A DNA stretch of 64,000 nucleotides from Lama glama (lineage: Eukaryota), in the NCBI GenBank assembly GCA_028534125.1, contig CM052817.1, positions 91,452,001 to 91,516,000 of the forward strand, read 5' to 3'. Below the pieces are notes generated by a model. That model was not told where the DNA came from and ran no database searches. It saw only the letters and a program-made list of their open reading frames with translations. This document shows, in pieces, positions 14,455 through 29,849 of the stretch. Made by a program: the position numbers and the translations under genes. Within the stretch, counting starts at the first letter, position 1. Each line of letters opens with the position of its first letter.

Positions 14455-15460
14455 TAACTTTTTATTTTGAAATAGTTTCAAACTTACAGAAGAGTTGCAA
14501 GAATAGTACAAAGAACTCCATGTAGAAGTTCACTCACATTAACTAATTGTTAATATTTGATACATTTACTTTATGATCTCTATATCTAACTTATTCATTT
14601 AAATTTTTTCCAAAACTGTTTCAGAATAATTGTAGACACCACGCTCTTTAACTTCTGAATGCTTTTTGTGATATTTCCTAAGAATAACTCTACAGTAGTC
14701 AACTTTATAGATAGTGCTATATAGATTATCAAAAAATTAGGAAATTTAACTTTGATAGACTGTTATTATCTAATCCACAGCCCATATTCAAAATTTACTA
14801 ATTGTCCTGTTTATATCCTTTCTAGGATTTTCTTTTCATTTTCAGGATTCAGTTTAGAATCATGCCTTTCATTTAGTTATCACTTCTCTTCATCTTTTAA
14901 ACTGGAAGTTTCAAAGGCTCTCTTTGTATTTCATGACATTGATATTTTTGAGGAGTCATGGCAGTACTTTTGTAGAATGTCCATCAGTTTGGATTTGTTA
15001 GATGTTTCCTCATTATCAGATATTGTTATGCATTTTTGGCAGGAAACTGCAGAAGTGATGTTGAACCCTTCTCATTTCACCACATTAAGAGCCACATGGT
15101 GTTTTTTTCATTTGATTACTTGCTTAAGATGGTGTCTGCCAGGTTTCTACACAATAAACTTGTTATATTTTCCCTTTGTATTTAATAAACAGTTTGAGAC
15201 TTAAGTAGGCTGTTCCTCATCAAACTTTTCATCACTAGTTTTAGCCTTCAATGATTATGATTCTTGCCTGAAACAACTGTTCCTATGATAGTTGCTAAAT
15301 GGTGATTTTGTCTTATTCCTTTCAGATTTATTATTTGACAGTCTACTCTTAAGAGCCTTCCTTTCTCCCCTGTTTGTTTATTATATGTAAGAGCTTATGG
15401 ATTCTTACTTTATTCAGTGGATTGTAAGTTAATATTGTCATTATTTACTTAGTTGCTCCC
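14455..15460 (-). mobile_element. Old L1MC-like 3' end
   Basis: ttttattttgaaatagtttcaaacttacagaagagttgcaagaatagtacaaagaactcc start; boundaries approximate. Confidence 0.7.
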
Positions 15461-15606
15461 TAGACAGGTATTTAGGAATTGTTTAAAAATGAGTTTTATC
15501 AATCATGTATTATCCTTTGACTTCTTGTATATGTTCAAGCATGTAAACAATTTTCTAATATGAAAACAAAATTCTTACTGTTAGTATTCCTTATATCCAT
15601 ATATAG

Positions 15607-15825
<219 letters not shown>

Positions 15826-16456
15826 TGAAAAATCTAGTTGCTGCTGATAGTTGTATATTATACAACTTTTTTATTTTAAGAAATAAAAATCTATTTCTTA
15901 CTCATGTACTTCAAATAATTTGTAATATGGGAAAATATACATTTAACAATGGTTATTGTTGATATGGGAAAAATAATTGTGAACAATAAATTGTGTAATG
16001 AAGTGACTCAGTAAAATATTTTTTCTTTAAAGTATCTTTGATCTGAAAATATAGAGTTTGACTAAAACATAGGAGGCAGTTGCTCAATTCTATAAGACAG
16101 GATTAAGGTCTTAAAACTGCTTATTAGCAAAACTGAATGTGTATACCAAATTTCGTTATTGCCAATAATATATATTGATAAATCAGTCTTCACTAACGTG
16201 CATATGGCGCACTCCTAGGGTTCTTTATAGTTTATCTGAGTGCTTTCTGATACATAGAAAGAACATGAATTGAAACCAGAGATCGGGGCTTATTTGTGTG
16301 ATTGTGATAGGATAGCACATCCTGAAATAAAGATCTCCAGTACTGCCGTTTATTAGAGGACTGACAAAAAGGAGTCTTCATAGTTTGAAAAGTTGAGGAA
16401 CTGCTTATGGAAAATGAAAGAAAAATAACAAGTAATTGAAAATATAAGTACTTTCT

Positions 16457-16720
16457 AAAGAGAAAGGAAAATACCATATGATATCATTTATATGTAGAAT
16501 CTTAAAAAAAAAGACAAACTTATTTACAAAATAGAAACAGACTCACAGACATAGAAAACAAACTTATGGTTACTGGGGTAGGGGATGGGGTGGGAAGGGA
16601 TAAATTGGGAGATCGAGATTTGCAGATACTAACTAATATATATAAAATAGATAAACAATAAGTTCATTCAGTATCTTGTAGTAACTTATGGTGAAAAAGA
16701 ATTTGAAAACGAATTTTTAA
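16457..16720 (+). mobile_element. Short L1 3' UTR fragment
   Basis: Homologous to 8190-8450 and 46960-47220 (aaacagactcacagacatagaaaacaaacttatggttac). Confidence 0.85.
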
Positions 16721-17179
16721 AAAAGTGCTTTTCAAGAATTGCCTTCTGAGATGTTGCTTTGCCTCTGTTAGACCAGGCAACTGGAGTTTGCTGGTTTCAT
16801 ATTTCTTCGTCTCCCCTTGAAGTTGAATACTGGAAAAACATGGTATCTGTGTACATAGTGGATATAGCCTTTTCTTGCCAGGTGAACTTTTCAGCAGAGA
16901 ATAATGCTACTAGCAAGAAAAAATGGAAGTCTAAGGCACTTGGATCTCATTTGTGAAGTATAGATCCATAATCCTCTTTCATTTGAGTTGATCATCCCAT
17001 AGCGATCTATTAGTTCTAAAGGAATAGGTTTCTGACTTAATGGAAAGATCACAAGATTGAAAAACCTAGTTTGAGTTCTAGCATTGACTATTAACCAGCT
17101 ATATGATGAAGGGCAAGACCTGGGCCTCAGTTTCTTTATGGAAATATGTGACATTGTTCAAAATACTCAAGTTCATTGT

Positions 17180-17760
17180 TTTATTTTATTCTTTTAATAA
17201 CTTTATTAGTGAGGAAGAATGACAAATCAAGCTGATGACTCAGAACTGACCCATAGATTTTAGCAATTTGAAAGTCACTGGTGATCTTAACAGAAGGACT
17301 TTCTGAACATTCGGAAGGAAGGTAGTAAAACCCAAACAGGTCAAGTAGATTTAAATAAGTAGAAGAATTGGTAATGGCATGCATAAATGACTCATATGAG
17401 TAATTTTGCTGCGGAGAAAGCACATACAAGGTGGTGGTGAGCGGAATGGTTACAGGATCAAAAGAAGGTTTTTTACAGCATGTGCTTATGCTCACTTGAT
17501 AATGATCTAGAAGGGACAGAATATTCAATACAGTGGAGAGGATGTGATCTAGAGGATAAGTTGAAGGGTTAGTCTTAGATAACAACGTGAATAGTTCATC
17601 CACAGTAGTGAGAGATGGTAGAGTATATGGGCAAGTAGGTATGTAGACCTAGTGAGTATTTGAGAGTTCTCTTCTAGTTGATTCAGTGAAATAGGAAACA
17701 GCCATCAGTTCATTCTACAAAATATGTATTGAATACCTACAGTGAGTCAGGTATTGGGGA
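17180..17760 (-). mobile_element. L2 LINE relic
   Basis: Minus ORF 17181-17603 has degenerate L2 RT-like peptide (VKITSDFQIAK..SVLS..LDLS). Confidence 0.65.
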
Positions 17761-18059
17761 CAGGGTATGTAAAGAGAATAAAAGTGAACTAAGATAGTAG
17801 AATCATCAATTGTTGGACATTCCAGTAATGAAGACCATTGATTGCTGGATGGTCAGGATAATTTGAAACTTCTGGAGTAGGTGAGTGGACATAGTTAGGC
17901 AGATAGTTTCATTGTTAATTCCTATACCACCAGTTCCTTCTGCAAGGGAAAGGTGGATGGAGATTAAGGGAAGAAAAAATGGATGAATGTTACATAGGGG
18001 AGAAAAGTTCCAGAATATTTTTTATGTTTTTAGTGAAGTAGGCTTTTGGTTAGTGTAGA

Positions 18060-18265
18060 GCAGGCTGTCAACTTTGGTACTGTTGGCATTTTAGGATGGA
18101 GATGTTGGAGGTGGAAGTCTCTTACATGTTGCATAATGTTTAGCAGCATTGGTAGCTTCTACCTATCAGATACCACCTCATTCCACTTACTGTGACACCG
18201 AAAATGTCTCCAGATTTTGCTAAATGTCACCTAGATGGCAAAAATGCCCCTGGTTGAGAACCACT
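18060..18265 (-). mobile_element. MER20-like hAT-Charlie DNA transposon
   Basis: aaaatgtctccagattttgctaaatgtc...cccctggttgagaaccact resembles MER20 antisense. Confidence 0.8.
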
Positions 18266-19347
18266 CAGGGTATAGACATTAAGAATATGGGCTCATTTAG
18301 CCATATTGCTTGGGTTCAAATCCCAACTCTTAACAATTAACTATTTGAAAGATCCTTGACAAGTTTAAGTTCTCTGCTTTAAAATGACTAAAGTAATAGT
18401 AACCTGTCTGATAGAGCTTTGAGAATTGAATTAATTAATGCATGTGAAACATTTAAAAGTCACTGGCACCCACAGTAGGTGTTCATTTTTATTATCTGAT
18501 GAGATGAAAGGGTGCAAGAGTGAAGTCCTTATTTGAAAATAGTATCTTTGGTGAATGGGAGGCCATTAAGGAAAGGATTCCTGACCAGTGCTTGAAGCTT
18601 GGGTGAGTTTGGAGCTCATCTGTTTCTAGTGAAACCAATTCCTCAGTCCATTCATTTGTGAAAAGGTAACGATCAGGCAAATAATTGGGATGATCCAGGC
18701 CTCAAAATTGATTAGTAAGGGGGCCTAGGTTTTGAGACTTATTTTGATATTTGGGGCTGCTAATGTCCTTTAGGGATGGGATTGGTCATGTAGTCCAGAC
18801 AAGATAAGCAGTGAGTCTACAGGTTGCTGAAAGGCCTGAAGAAAAGGGAATGTTTTTTCCTAAGGTTGAAAGGGAGGATTAGTGAGACAAGAAGAAAATC
18901 AAGACAGTTAAGCTTAAAGCAAGGTGCCTGTTTGGTAGTTGGAAAAGAGAGAAAACCAGTAGCTGGAAGAGAGAATGTGGCCATGATTATGGACTGCTAG
19001 AGCAGAATCATCGTATAATTGATTAAGGGATCATAAGGTTAGGATATTGGATTGGGTCATTAATTTGAATGTTGAAATTGTCCATACATTGCTAGAAATA
19101 ATTGAGTAGTAGATGATGATTCTGTTCAGCACATTTGAGAAAGTAGTGTAGAGTTAGACAAGTACTTGAATAAATAGAGGACATGAGGAGGATGGCATTT
19201 CTAAATAAGAACTTTAAAAAAGGAGAGACAATAAAATTACATGGTCAGTAGTTTTTTTGAAGGGAACTGAGAACTCAGGAGGATGCAGAATCTACCTACT
19301 TCCCAGTATTTGAAGAGATTTTAAGAGAAAGTTTGAGGAAAACTTAA

Positions 19348-19527
<180 letters not shown>

Positions 19528-19628
19528 TAAAACTTCCTTTCTAATTTTTAATTGCTTCTTTTGTTAATATATATTTTGTTAATTCATTGAAAAGTGTAAC
19601 TAGAAAAATAATGGTTAAGAATTGGTTC

Positions 19629-19747
19629 GGCGGGGAGGGTGTAGCTCAGTGGTAGAGGTCCTGGGTTCAATCCCCAGTAACTCCATCAAATAAGTAAGTA
19701 AATAAACCTAATTACCGTGCCCCACCCCACCCCCCAAAGAAAAAGAA
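19629..19747 (+). mobile_element. Vic-1-like SINE with internal deletion
   Basis: 12-bp TSD AAGAATTGGTTC at 19617-19628 and 19748-19759. Confidence 0.9.
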
Positions 19748-19789
19748 AAGAATTGGTTCAAAATCTGAATACAAAAGTACATTTGCAAA

Positions 19790-20760
19790 CTTCCATTTAA
19801 TATGGCAGACTGGGCATTTTCTGAAACCTGTCTTCTACAAACTCATAGAAATAGTTGGGAAAATAATTTTAGAAGCAACTTTTAAAAATTCTTAAAGGTA
19901 TGGCAGCATCAAAAACATGAAAGGGAAATTTTCACTGACAGAAACAGAGATGTCTCCCTAAAAGAAAGAAGCAAGCATAACTTCTGTGGTAACTGGTGGC
20001 TATAGCAGAGTGGCCTGCCAGAACGTAGCAAAGCTGAAACAGCAGCGCCATTTCCTTTGTGGAAGATGGATTCAAATAAACTTGGGTGCGGAGACTCTCT
20101 TCTCCCCAGCCATTGTCTTCCAAGAATGGGCCCGCTTGTGAGGACAAGTCCAGAAACATATCATCTACAAAAGGGCAGGGTCCTCAGCCAGGAAGATCTG
20201 ATTTGAAGCAGTGTTTCCCCCAAGACTGATAGCGAGCTATTCCTAGTACATTGATAAATGCAAGGGAAACCTCATAACAAAGAATATCATACTCCATAGG
20301 AACACCAACACAGGCACGGTAATCATCAGTGCCAGCAAGCCCAAGAGTAGAGGTGATTGAGGACTCTACAATGAAGAGAGGGAATGAAATGTGAATAGTT
20401 ACGAGAAGGTACCAATTAGGAATCTGGAAAATGAAAAACTTACTTATTGATGTGACATAAGATCTTAATAGATTAAATAGAAGAGAGGTCACAGCTGAGG
20501 AAAAATTAGTGAAGTGGAAGATAGATAGAAGGAAAGCTCTCAACTGAGACTAAAAGAACATATAAAAGAAATATGGAGAAACGGAGGTGGAGCATAGATC
20601 CAGAAGCTCCAAAATAAATCAGAGAGTTAGAGAAGCAGAGGCTGAAGAGAATAGTGGAGAAGTCCTATTTGGAAACATGAGTAAGCCTTTCTCAGAACTA
20701 AAGTAAAGGAGTCTTCAGATTTTGAAAGGCTACGTGAACCAGAACAGAGTAAAGAAAATT
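19790..20760 (+). mobile_element. Old L1/HAL1-like 5'/ORF1 relic
   Basis: agattaaatagaagagaggtcacagctgaggaaaaattagtgaagtggaagataga resembles L1 ORF1 coiled-coil coding sequence. Confidence 0.6.
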
Positions 20761-20825
20761 ATGTCTGTTGTATGATTACAGGTATTTAAAATATGAAAAT
20801 ATTAGAAGGAAATATTCTAAAATGA

Positions 20826-20993
<168 letters not shown>

Positions 20994-21118
20994 TGAAAGT
21001 AACTACAAAGGAATAAAAATGATGTTATGATATAGTTTCTTTCCTTGGTTTTAAATACATGAGTATGCATATTAAAGTTTTAATGTATGCATTATTAGAG
21101 TTGTCTGGGTAAATGTAA

Positions 21119-21283
<165 letters not shown>

Positions 21284-22998
21284 TGACTATCATTTTCTTG
21301 CTCACTATTTGGAATAATTGGTTCTTGGTTACCTATGCACGTAGTACATACACACTTTGTGAATGGTAGCAGTTCTTCCTAGCTTGCAGTTTAAATCGTT
21401 CTGTGCCTTTTATTTGCTTTTCATCCTCTTCTCTCTTTAGCTAAGTAACTTACTACTTATTTGTCTCCTCTGTCTTTTGTTTCTGGTGTATACTTTTTAA
21501 TGAGTCAGTATATGTATGAAAAGTTGGTAAGGTAGTGATTTCTAAAGTATTTTCTCTAGTCCCTGCTGATGGTGAAAGCCAGAAATCGTTTTTGGTTGTT
21601 TGTCTTTTTGCACTAGGTTTTAGCTTAGTAATCTTTCTCCTTTATTTGGTAGAAAAAAAACTCTGTTGTAAGAGTTTATTTGCTACCTCAGTAAGTCAGC
21701 TTACTCTTTAAGCTATGTATTATAATATTCAAAATACTTGTTAAACAGTATTTTGATTTAATTTAGATTATTTTGTTCATAAGTACAGTGGTAGCAAGAA
21801 ATGTTGATTGGATTAAAAAAGAAACCTCAGTTACAGTGAAGAATCAGAAAGATGGGACAGATTAAACATGCTAAAGATTTAACCTAAAGCACTAAAGTGT
21901 ACTTTTTTGCCAGTCTTTTGTTGAGAGGCCCAAAGTATGGGCTTTACTGATGACTGTTTCACCTTTTTTTTCTTGCTTAAATCACATTGATAAAATGTGG
22001 TGTGTTACTTGTAGTTTTGGTAGAGTGAGAACTTGATCATTGTGAAGGAGTCTTGATTTTAGAATCACATGTGTTTTTGTGACTTTCCCCTTTATGGTTG
22101 TCTTATTTAAACCTAAATTGTTAAAAAATATCTAATTTAGTTTTGAATCTTTCCACAGTATTCAACTTATAGAAACAGTTCTTCCTCTTTGTTCTCATTT
22201 CTTAAGTTTACATAATTAATTAAATTTGCAATGATGATAATGAATGCAACTAATTCAAACAGGTTTGGGAAAACAAAACTCTTAGTAAGCATGTAGCTCA
22301 ACTTGTGGGAGCAGAAGAACATGGGCGCACCAGCACAACCTAGCTGTGACCATTCAGTCCCCAGAGTTTTCTGAGGTAATGGAGAGAGCTGGTGTTAATC
22401 TGTTGAGTCAGTTAAGTTGAGGTCATTTAAGAGAGCTTCTGTATTCATTATAGATGGATTAAGCAAAGAAGGGAATTAATAAATTAAAAGTATTCACAGA
22501 TCTCTTACAAAGCCAGGAGCAAATAGTATAGTCATGAGTCAGGAGAAACCAGAACCTGGACAGCCACTTAATTTCCTGGATCTCAGAAACCCACCCACTG
22601 TTGCATGTTTCAGTTTTACTAGTGCATTCCCCTGGATTATGAAATAGAAGAGTTGATGCTATCATCTATTTGTAGAATTTCTTTTCAATATTTAATAATT
22701 CTTGATTCCTAAAGTGCAAATGCATTTAATTCTTGATTCTGGAAGTGCGGATGTTAACTGTGGGTGTTGTTTATATGAATTGAGATAAGAATGAACCAAG
22801 ATAGAAATCATCCCTAACATTACCTCTCTTTGTCCAACCTTCTCCTGATTTCTAGTTCTGCTTGATGCTTTATTTTATAGCAGGGAAAGAGTTGCCAGTA
22901 AGTTTTTACTAGAAAATTATGTCTGAAAACATACTTTCAAAAATGTATGGTTTACTTGCTTTTAAATTTTTTTCTATAGATTAAAACATTTATAGAAG

Positions 22999-23006
22999 GG
23001 TGTGTA

Positions 23007-23059
<53 letters not shown>

Positions 23060-23067
23060 AGAGAGAC
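22999..23067. repeat. Compound (TG)n(AG)n microsatellite
   Basis: Directly visible. Confidence 0.97.
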
Positions 23068-23128
23068 AGTGTGATGGAATGTTTATTTAGCCCTGTGATA
23101 GTAAATAACATGTTTTGAACAAGCATAG

Positions 23129-23168
23129 TATCTATCTATCTATCTATCTATATCTATCTATCTGTCTA
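23129..23168. repeat. (TATC)n tetranucleotide microsatellite just upstream of the exon 10 acceptor
   Basis: Directly visible. Confidence 0.95.
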
Positions 23169-23207
23169 TATTTTTAATTAAACTGTGCTTGTGTGTTTGT
23201 ACTCTAG

Positions 23208-23303
<96 letters not shown>

Positions 23304-24068
23304 TAAAAACACCTTGAAAGTCTAAATATATGAAATTCTTAATCAGAAGATCAGTGGTGTTCATTATTTAGGCAGTAAGCTTAGTATTTAAACTTTTTTT
23401 CCTTTTAAGAGGAATATGCATTCATCTGCACATTGAAAATACTTGGTAAAAAGGTAAAACAGTAGCTTATTGAAGAAAATTTTATATAAAATTTAAAGCA
23501 TCTTCAAAACTAAATTAATAATATAATGACCTTCCATTAACCCATCACTCAACTTCAGTAATTTTTAACTCATGGCCAAACTTACTTCACCTATATTCTT
23601 ACCTGCTTCCCTCTGTTCCTGTGTTATTCTGAAGCAAATCCCAAACATCACATTGTTTCATCCGTGAATGCTTAATATTCTAAAGGTCATAACCATAATG
23701 TTATCACCATAATTGAACATTAATATGTTCTTAATATCGAAGAAAAAAAGTCCGTACTTAGATTTCCAAGTATCTTAGAAACGTCACTTTTTCTCTTTGT
23801 TTTTGAAGTTTATTTGAATGAAGATCCAGATGAAATCTATACTTGAATTTGGTTGATACATCTCTTAACTCTTTTTTTTTTTTTATAAATCTGTAGGTTT
23901 TCCCGCTATCTTACCTTCTTCCTGCAGTTTATTTACTAAAGAAATCAGATTATTTTTCTTGAGTTTTTTTCTACAGTCTAGATTTTGCTGAATAACCCCC
24001 ACATGGTGTTGCTTCACATGTTATTTCTCTGTCCTGAATTTGTTATAAATTGGTAGTTGGATGTAGAT

Positions 24069-24262
24069 CTGTGCTGTTTAGTATGGTAGCCATTAGCCAC
24101 AAATAGCTGTTAAAATTTTTAAATTAAATAAAAAGATCAGTTCCTCATTTGCAGTAGCTGCATTTCAAGTGCTGCTCAATAGCTATGTAAATCTAATGCC
24201 TACCATATTGGACAAGGCAGATCCAGAACAGTTCATCATTGTAGAGACTCTTTTTGGACAGG
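24069..24262 (-). mobile_element. MER3-like hAT-Charlie element
   Basis: tatggtagccattagccaca...catttcaagtgct...taccatattggaca internal inverted structure. Confidence 0.75.
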
Positions 24263-24415
24263 TCTGACTATAGGCTTGATGAGATTTGATTTTTTTTTCT
24301 TTTGGTTTTAAAGACAAAGAGGGATGAGCAAGATTGTATCATGGGTGTGTTCTTTGATAAGACAGGAAGTGTTTGTTTCATATCTTAGGAACTGTTAAGA
24401 GTTACAAACTAGTAG

Positions 24416-24529
24416 ACAGGAGGGAAAGCTCAAGTGGTAGAGTGCGTGTTTAGTGTGCAAGAGGTCTTGGGTTCAATCCCCAGTACCTCCTCTAAAAATA
24501 AATAAATAAACGTAATTACCCCCCCAAGA
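24416..24529 (+). mobile_element. Vic-1-like SINE
   Basis: A/B boxes; 19-bp TSD with 3 mismatches (24397-24415, 24530-24548). Confidence 0.9.
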
Positions 24530-25603
24530 AAGAATTATAGACTAGTAGTATTCTGTCATTCATTTTTTTATTATCTTAAAAGATATATTTATTATCTGTT
24601 TATTTAGTATTTCAGTTTGTATAGGAAAAGCAAAATAAATGTGGCTTTTTCTCCCCTGCGTCCTACTTTTTTGTTCTTTTTACCAGCTTTTAAAGTAATG
24701 AACTGGTTTAGCAGCATCCTTCAAAGATGATCAATTCACATTTTAAAAGTATTACTGTGAATTCGTGGATTTAAACATACTTAATATTTTAAATCACTGC
24801 AATTTTAAATGGTTTCAGCCTTCACATACCAGGGTAGTAGTTGATAGCTTCCTAGTAGTTTGGTATGACAAAATATTCCAGTTCACCTTGTATACTGCCC
24901 ATAGCAGACCTGTAATCAGTTGTTTTTCCCAAGGAGCCCTGGTTTGTACAGTGGGAAAGCCCAGTATGGGACCTGGGGTGCTTATTACTATTGAGTTGAT
25001 CACTGTTTTTAGGTCTCAGATGAATTTTAATAGTTCTTTTTAGAAGGCGTTACCATGGTTTCATTGGTTAATCATCATGATGTTCCTTTGATTATCAGCA
25101 TTTTCCTACATATTTTACAAATGTGGAAGAGGTTCAATGACATGCCCAAGAATATGCAGCACTTTAGTTGCAGATCTATCAGATCGGGAGTTGGTGAGTT
25201 CCACTCCTATTGTTTGTCCACTGAGCCATCCTACTTCTACTAGGATAAAAATAAGCAATCTGTTGCTTTCTTTGAAAGCAAATAACAGTTCTTAGATTTT
25301 AGAAATTTATATTACAAAAGCATTTTTAATGTGTGGGTTGTATATTTAACTTACACATTTTTTTATGAGTATATAAAAATCTAAATTATGAACTAAAATA
25401 CAGAATAAGCGTTTTTACTTACCTAATTTTTTGTTATCTTTTTATTTAACCTAAATTATGCATTGTTGCATATTCAGCATAATATTAAGACATAGTAAGA
25501 ATATTAAAATATATTAAGAATCTTATCATCAAAATTCAAAATAACCACATCAAATATATTTATGCGTAGTACATTAGCTAGAAACCCAATTAAGCAGTCA
25601 AGC

Positions 25604-25665
25604 CTTTCTTTTTTCTTTTTCTTTTTCTTTTTCTTTTCTTTTTCTTTTTTCTTTTTCTTTTCTTT
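25604..25665. repeat. (TTTTTC)n pyrimidine repeat
   Basis: Directly visible. Confidence 0.95.
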
Positions 25666-26038
25666 AACCTCACATTGATGGAAATTTTCTCTTTATTCTT
25701 ATTTTTTCCCTTTATACATAGCATTCTGATCAGTATACTCTCATAGTTCTAGTATAGCTTGTCCACCCCTTGCCCTACCCAGCTTTCTTTTTAGGTAATT
25801 TGTTAGAACTTTGATCTCATTTATCTGCCCTGTTTATTCTATGACATTCTTACTATGCAAGGCATTGTGGTAGGAGTTATAATGATACAGAGTAGAAAGT
25901 GTGGGCCCTTCCAAAGAGCTTATAAATTTAAAGGTAGTTTCATAACTAGATGCATAAATAACGTGGTTTGAACTACTTTCCTTATTAATAAAGATAGAGC
26001 CATTTTTGAGGTGGATACTCTCTTAATACATATAGTGA

Positions 26039-26308
<270 letters not shown>

Positions 26309-27433
26309 TAAAATATTATAGATTCAAGCTGCTGTAAGAAAAATGACATATTTTATACCTCACAAAATATGGAATAACAAATATAGTATATTTCTCACTC
26401 TGGTTACTTTTAGACATGTTCTGGTCATGCTGATTAGCTCATTCATCTATAGCTATATATATGCGAACACATACATGCATAAATACAGATGGTTATTCAT
26501 ATCTATGGATATTCATATTATATATTCCTATACATTCACAGATACACACATATCTGGTTATTTTCTTGGTTTTAAGTACCGAGCGTATAGATAAAAGTAA
26601 TTATATTTGCTTTGAAATGTTTGTTTCTATTAACATTTCAGTGTGATCCTATGTCAGTATCTGGTAATCTTAATAAAATGAAACTGAAGATTCTACTGTG
26701 AATTCTGCATACTGTTTCTTTTGCCTTTTCAACTCCTGGGTCCTGCTTGAAAATCTAGTCATATGTTCTAACATCATCTTAAAATAAAATTAGCTCTTTT
26801 CTGTCTTAATACAAATACAGTTTAGTAATAAAAGCTCTCAGGGAAGAGATTGTAAACCAATAATTTATTTACCAAAAATATTGAAATTAAGTAATGTTTT
26901 AAAAGCACTTTTTAAAAGCCAGGTAATTCTTACTAGTTTTGTGGCTTTGCCAAATCGACTAGATAGATGAATGAGAATGAAGATCATTGTGAAATGTCCA
27001 CTAGTGGTCCTAATCATAATGTTTCCATGGTTCCTTTAGAGTAGAAATTTGGCCATCCTTTCCCCATTGAATTATGTTGTTCTGACTTAAAGATTTTGAT
27101 TGTTATTTATTCTTTGATTCAGCCGTGACTTTTGAGTATTCACTATATGCCAGGCAGTGTTGTATGTGTAGTCAGTAAGATTACAATAGTAGATAAAATT
27201 TTCAAAACAAGTCTTTACTATCAGAGAGCTTATATTCTACATGATACAAAGGTATCAGAACTTAATATTACAATAGAATGTATGCATCTACATTGATTAT
27301 GATTGTAAGAAATGGAAGATTATCTTTTCTTCCATTTGTGTTTTAGTGATTTATGAACAAGAAACTAGTTACCTGCATAGTAAAATCTGTGTACTGACTG
27401 ATTTATTGTGCTTTTGTGCCCTGTTAATGTTAG

Positions 27434-27616
<183 letters not shown>

Positions 27617-28134
27617 TAAATAGCTCATATTTATACTTTGTTTATTTTGCAAAGTTTACTTCTAATATTTTTTAATATCAGAACAGTCAGGATTTTAATT
27701 AAACTGCCTTATTAAATAAACCTGAAATCAGTATTAATATAAAACATCATTTTCTTTTTATGTGGTTATACATTGGGTTTTTTAAGTTTGATTTATATTG
27801 ATATACGTTTAGTTGAATGTTTTAGGGGTAAAGGGAACTACTGTTAATTATCTGTTATGGCTAGTGTCCTATTTCTTATGTTACTCTCTAACACCAATTA
27901 TGTAGACCTTTTTTGATTAATCATTTACAAGGGTACTTTAACATTATTTTAGAAATACAATTCTAATTTCTTTCACATATTAACTCTTCCCTCTTATTCT
28001 GAGAATAGTTTAAAAAAATAGAAAATTATTTTGAAAGAATTCAAACCAGTTGACCATCTTTCCTTCTTAAATCCTATGGTGGAATAGTGTATTTGGTAAG
28101 AAATTGTCTTTGAATGTGTGTGCTTTTCATCTAG

Positions 28135-28263
28135 GAAGGAACATCAGCAGTTGAAAATTTGAATGAAATGCAGTGCATGTGGTTCCAGACAGAATGTGCC
28201 CAAGCTTATAAGGCAATGAATAAATTTGGTGAAGCACTTAAGAAATGTCATGAGATTGAAAGA
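28135..28263 (+). CDS. NAA15: NAA15 exon 13 ([21 protein letters not shown]...CHEIER)
   Basis: Manual translation; atctag acceptor, AGA|gtaagt donor; 129 nt. Confidence 0.97.
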
Positions 28264-28704
28264 GTAAGTACTCCATACATAAGAATTTCTCATTTTATTC
28301 TGTTATATGTTGAAGATTTTGGGAAAATTCTATAATTTTTTTTCTCCCACTTTATAACGCACAGAAAATGATTTCTAAAAATCGTATTCACATTTTTCAA
28401 ATTTTATAAAATGGAAATATAGAGTTATATTCAACGACTTCCGTATTGTCTCCTCTTTCTGGCAGAATTCATGTAGAAGACTTAATGGAAAGTTTGTATT
28501 TTAGCTATGTTTTCATTGATTTTTCCATGTTTCTTTCTAATTGTTGCCCCTTCTTCATTAATGCATACAAAGCTTATTAGTTATCATAGAAACCTGTTTG
28601 TTGTGGGGTTGATTGTTGGTGCCATATACCCTTGATATATATTAGATTTGAGCTTTGAAGCTTTTTTACACTATTTCTATAATGTATGTAATTCCTCATT
28701 TTCT

Positions 28705-28856
28705 TTTTTTTTTTTCCCCAAAGATTTTATTTTACATGGAGGGGTTAGTAATTAGCTCTATTTATTTATTTATTTTTAGATGAAGTACTGGGGATTGAAC
28801 CCAGGACCTCCTGCATGCTGAGCATGCAGTCTACCACTTGAGCTGTACCACCCCCC
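28705..28856 (-). mobile_element. Vic-1-like SINE
   Basis: 17-bp TSD GTAATTCCTCATTTTCT at 28688-28704 and 28857-28873. Confidence 0.92.
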
Positions 28857-29579
28857 GTAATTCCTCATTTTCTGAGAAATTTATTCTTTTCCTAGTCCTC
28901 TTCACTTTTGGTTCATTTTTGTCATGACTAGTTGTCTTTCACTTTTTGTGTTTTATATATATAAAAATAATTTGCATCATTTCTTGCTTTTTCTACTACC
29001 AAGTCGAGAACCCCTGAGTTTAGTTGAAATGTGTTAGTTTCTGTTGCTTGATTTAGCTGCTAATTGATTACTCTGCCACCTACTAGCATTACATTGCATA
29101 GAATTCAGATTTGTATTCTCAAAAAAATGACCGAATACCGCATATTTGTAATCATCTGCAGATTGTTCTGAATATAAAACTGAATGTTAAATGTGTAAAT
29201 CTGCTGTACTGCACCATTATGTATGTTAATAAATTCTGATGGGTTTGTCATGATAGCTTTATTTAAGTATGATGAAGGAAGGAATAAATAAACACATGCA
29301 CACACACATACACACATATATCTTAAAGCGTTTTGTTTTCCTTTCATTCAACAAATAATTCAATGCCTGATGTATGCCACATACTGTGCTAGGTGATGGC
29401 CAATTGTATTTGTTTATTTGAAATGAAAAATATTTGTATTGAATTACTGTAATTTTTAGTATTTTCAAATTTTACTAATTTTTTCATGGCTAGTGAACAA
29501 GTAATTCCAAGGCTTTGATTTTTGTAGTTTTCTTTGCTATTGCTATACTTCAGTATAATAAAAAAGATAATTTTGTTAG

Positions 29580-29849
<270 letters not shown>

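Larger units (their letters stand above)
23480..25010 (-). mobile_element. Old L1M 3' relic interrupted by MER3 and a SINE
   Basis: Antisense L1M-like motifs (ttttccaaggagccctggtt, gaagcaaatcccaaacatca); approximate. Confidence 0.55.

Noticed and set aside
15587..15606. TTCCTTATA before the exon 6 acceptor as a U12 branch site
   Set aside because: Imperfect motif, and the intron 5 donor (GTAACA) is not U12-type.
15849..15867. Perfect 9-bp inverted repeat AGTTGTATA-T-TATACAACT
   Set aside because: Short and AT-rich; plausible by chance in 64 kb.
22263..22375. Possible cryptic exon (AG...GAG|GTAATG) in intron 9
   Set aside because: The acceptor lacks a pyrimidine tract; no further support.
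22696..22753. Two ~26-bp diverged direct repeats (AATTCTTGATTC...AAGTGC..ATG)
   Set aside because: Only two degenerate units; an ordinary old tandem duplication, not an array.
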